Assembly (NCBI GenBank): GCA_943372555.1
Contig: CALRZB010000001.1
Location: forward strand, 1-33,084
From: Chryseobacterium gleum
GTDB lineage: Bacteria > Bacteroidota > Bacteroidia > Flavobacteriales_D > Sanyastnellaceae
Length of the DNA stretch: 33,084 bases
Reading direction: 5' to 3'
Shown here: positions 32,947-33,084 of the stretch, piece after piece
Layout: each line of letters begins with the position of its first letter
Position numbering within the stretch: the first letter of the stretch is position 1
Translations under genes and position numbers: made by a program
Notes under the pieces: model-generated
Database searches by the model: none
The model's input: the letters and a program-made list of their open reading frames with translations, nothing else
Told to the model about the DNA's origin: nothing

Positions 32947-33084
32947 TTATACTTGTGAGATTTGTACGACTTGAAGTCCGGCTTCATTCAGAAAATCAAC
33001 GCCGGTTCTGTCTTTGTATTCGTCGATATACACCATGCGCGTGATTCCCGCTTGCAGTATGAGTTTGCAACATTCCTTGCAAGG
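32947..33084 (-). CDS. dCMP/CMP deaminase family zinc enzyme, C-terminal 45 codons only (the N-terminus lies beyond the window end)
   Basis: Not in the ORF track because it sits at the window edge. The minus-strand translation is PCKECCKLILQAGITRMVYIDEYKDRTGVDFLNEAGLQVVQISQV*. PCxxC followed by aGI.rvvY is the second zinc-ligand motif of ComEB-type dCMP deaminases. Confidence 0.75.
   Translation of the reverse strand, partial: PCKECCKLILQAGITRMVYIDEYKDRTGVDFLNEAGLQVVQISQV

Noticed and set aside
1-33084. A recognisable phage-defence, toxin-antitoxin, secretion or biosynthetic gene cluster
   Set aside because: Every ORF over 100 aa was read for motifs. None shows nuclease, helicase, ATPase/STAND, TIR, Sir2, reverse-transcriptase, toxin or NRPS/PKS signatures, and there are no mobility genes or tRNA insertion sites. 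Claiming such a system would be unsupported.

Overview
This is a 33-kb, gene-dense chromosomal window that looks like Bacteroidota, probably Flavobacteriia-like. The taxon call rests on repeated TAnnTTTG -7 promoter boxes, a CarbopepD_reg-type TonB receptor, a DUF3098-like gene next to uppP, an rnpA/S41 peptidase/dCMP deaminase neighbourhood, and the lack of Shine-Dalgarno sequences. I support 31 protein-coding genes, almost all housekeeping or envelope functions. They include an rsmF-like gene, an AsmA-like gene, an exported Mn-type SOD, a LolE-like permease, rbfA, a GNAT, aspartate kinase, a PduO adenosyltransferase, a redoxin, truB, queA, an Aas-like acyltransferase, two two-component systems, a TonB receptor, uppP, GT2 and GT9 glycosyltransferases, an O-antigen-ligase-like protein, two S41 peptidases and rnpA. 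Two of these genes are absent from the supplied ORF track because they run off the window edges: the rsmF-like gene at 1..1045 (-) and a dCMP deaminase 3' end at 32947..33084 (-). I found no rRNA, tRNA, CRISPR, transposase, integrase or recognisable defence genes, and I cannot honestly name a new multi-gene protein system here. Three things remain unexplained by ordinary annotation. (1) A family of short-period tandem arrays (7-, 8- and 10-bp units built around an AGTG core or G4/C4 tracts) sits at gene boundaries. Two composite modules of about 246 bp lie in inverted orientation around the redoxin-truB pair, and further copies lie at 9769-9858, 13255-13313 and 27348-27405. (2) Five perfect TAnnTTTG boxes sit exactly 4 nt upstream of an ATG, which implies leaderless mRNAs. 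(3) An Aas-like fusion protein has a degenerate, truncated adenylation half, and its C-terminus is encoded by one of the repeat arrays. Several tight operons of unknown role are also flagged: HTH/TPR-like protein, lipoprotein and small OMP; TonB receptor, LytS-like kinase and LytTR regulator; and S41, rnpA, S41 and ligase-like protein. All family calls come from reading motifs in the translations. No database search was possible.
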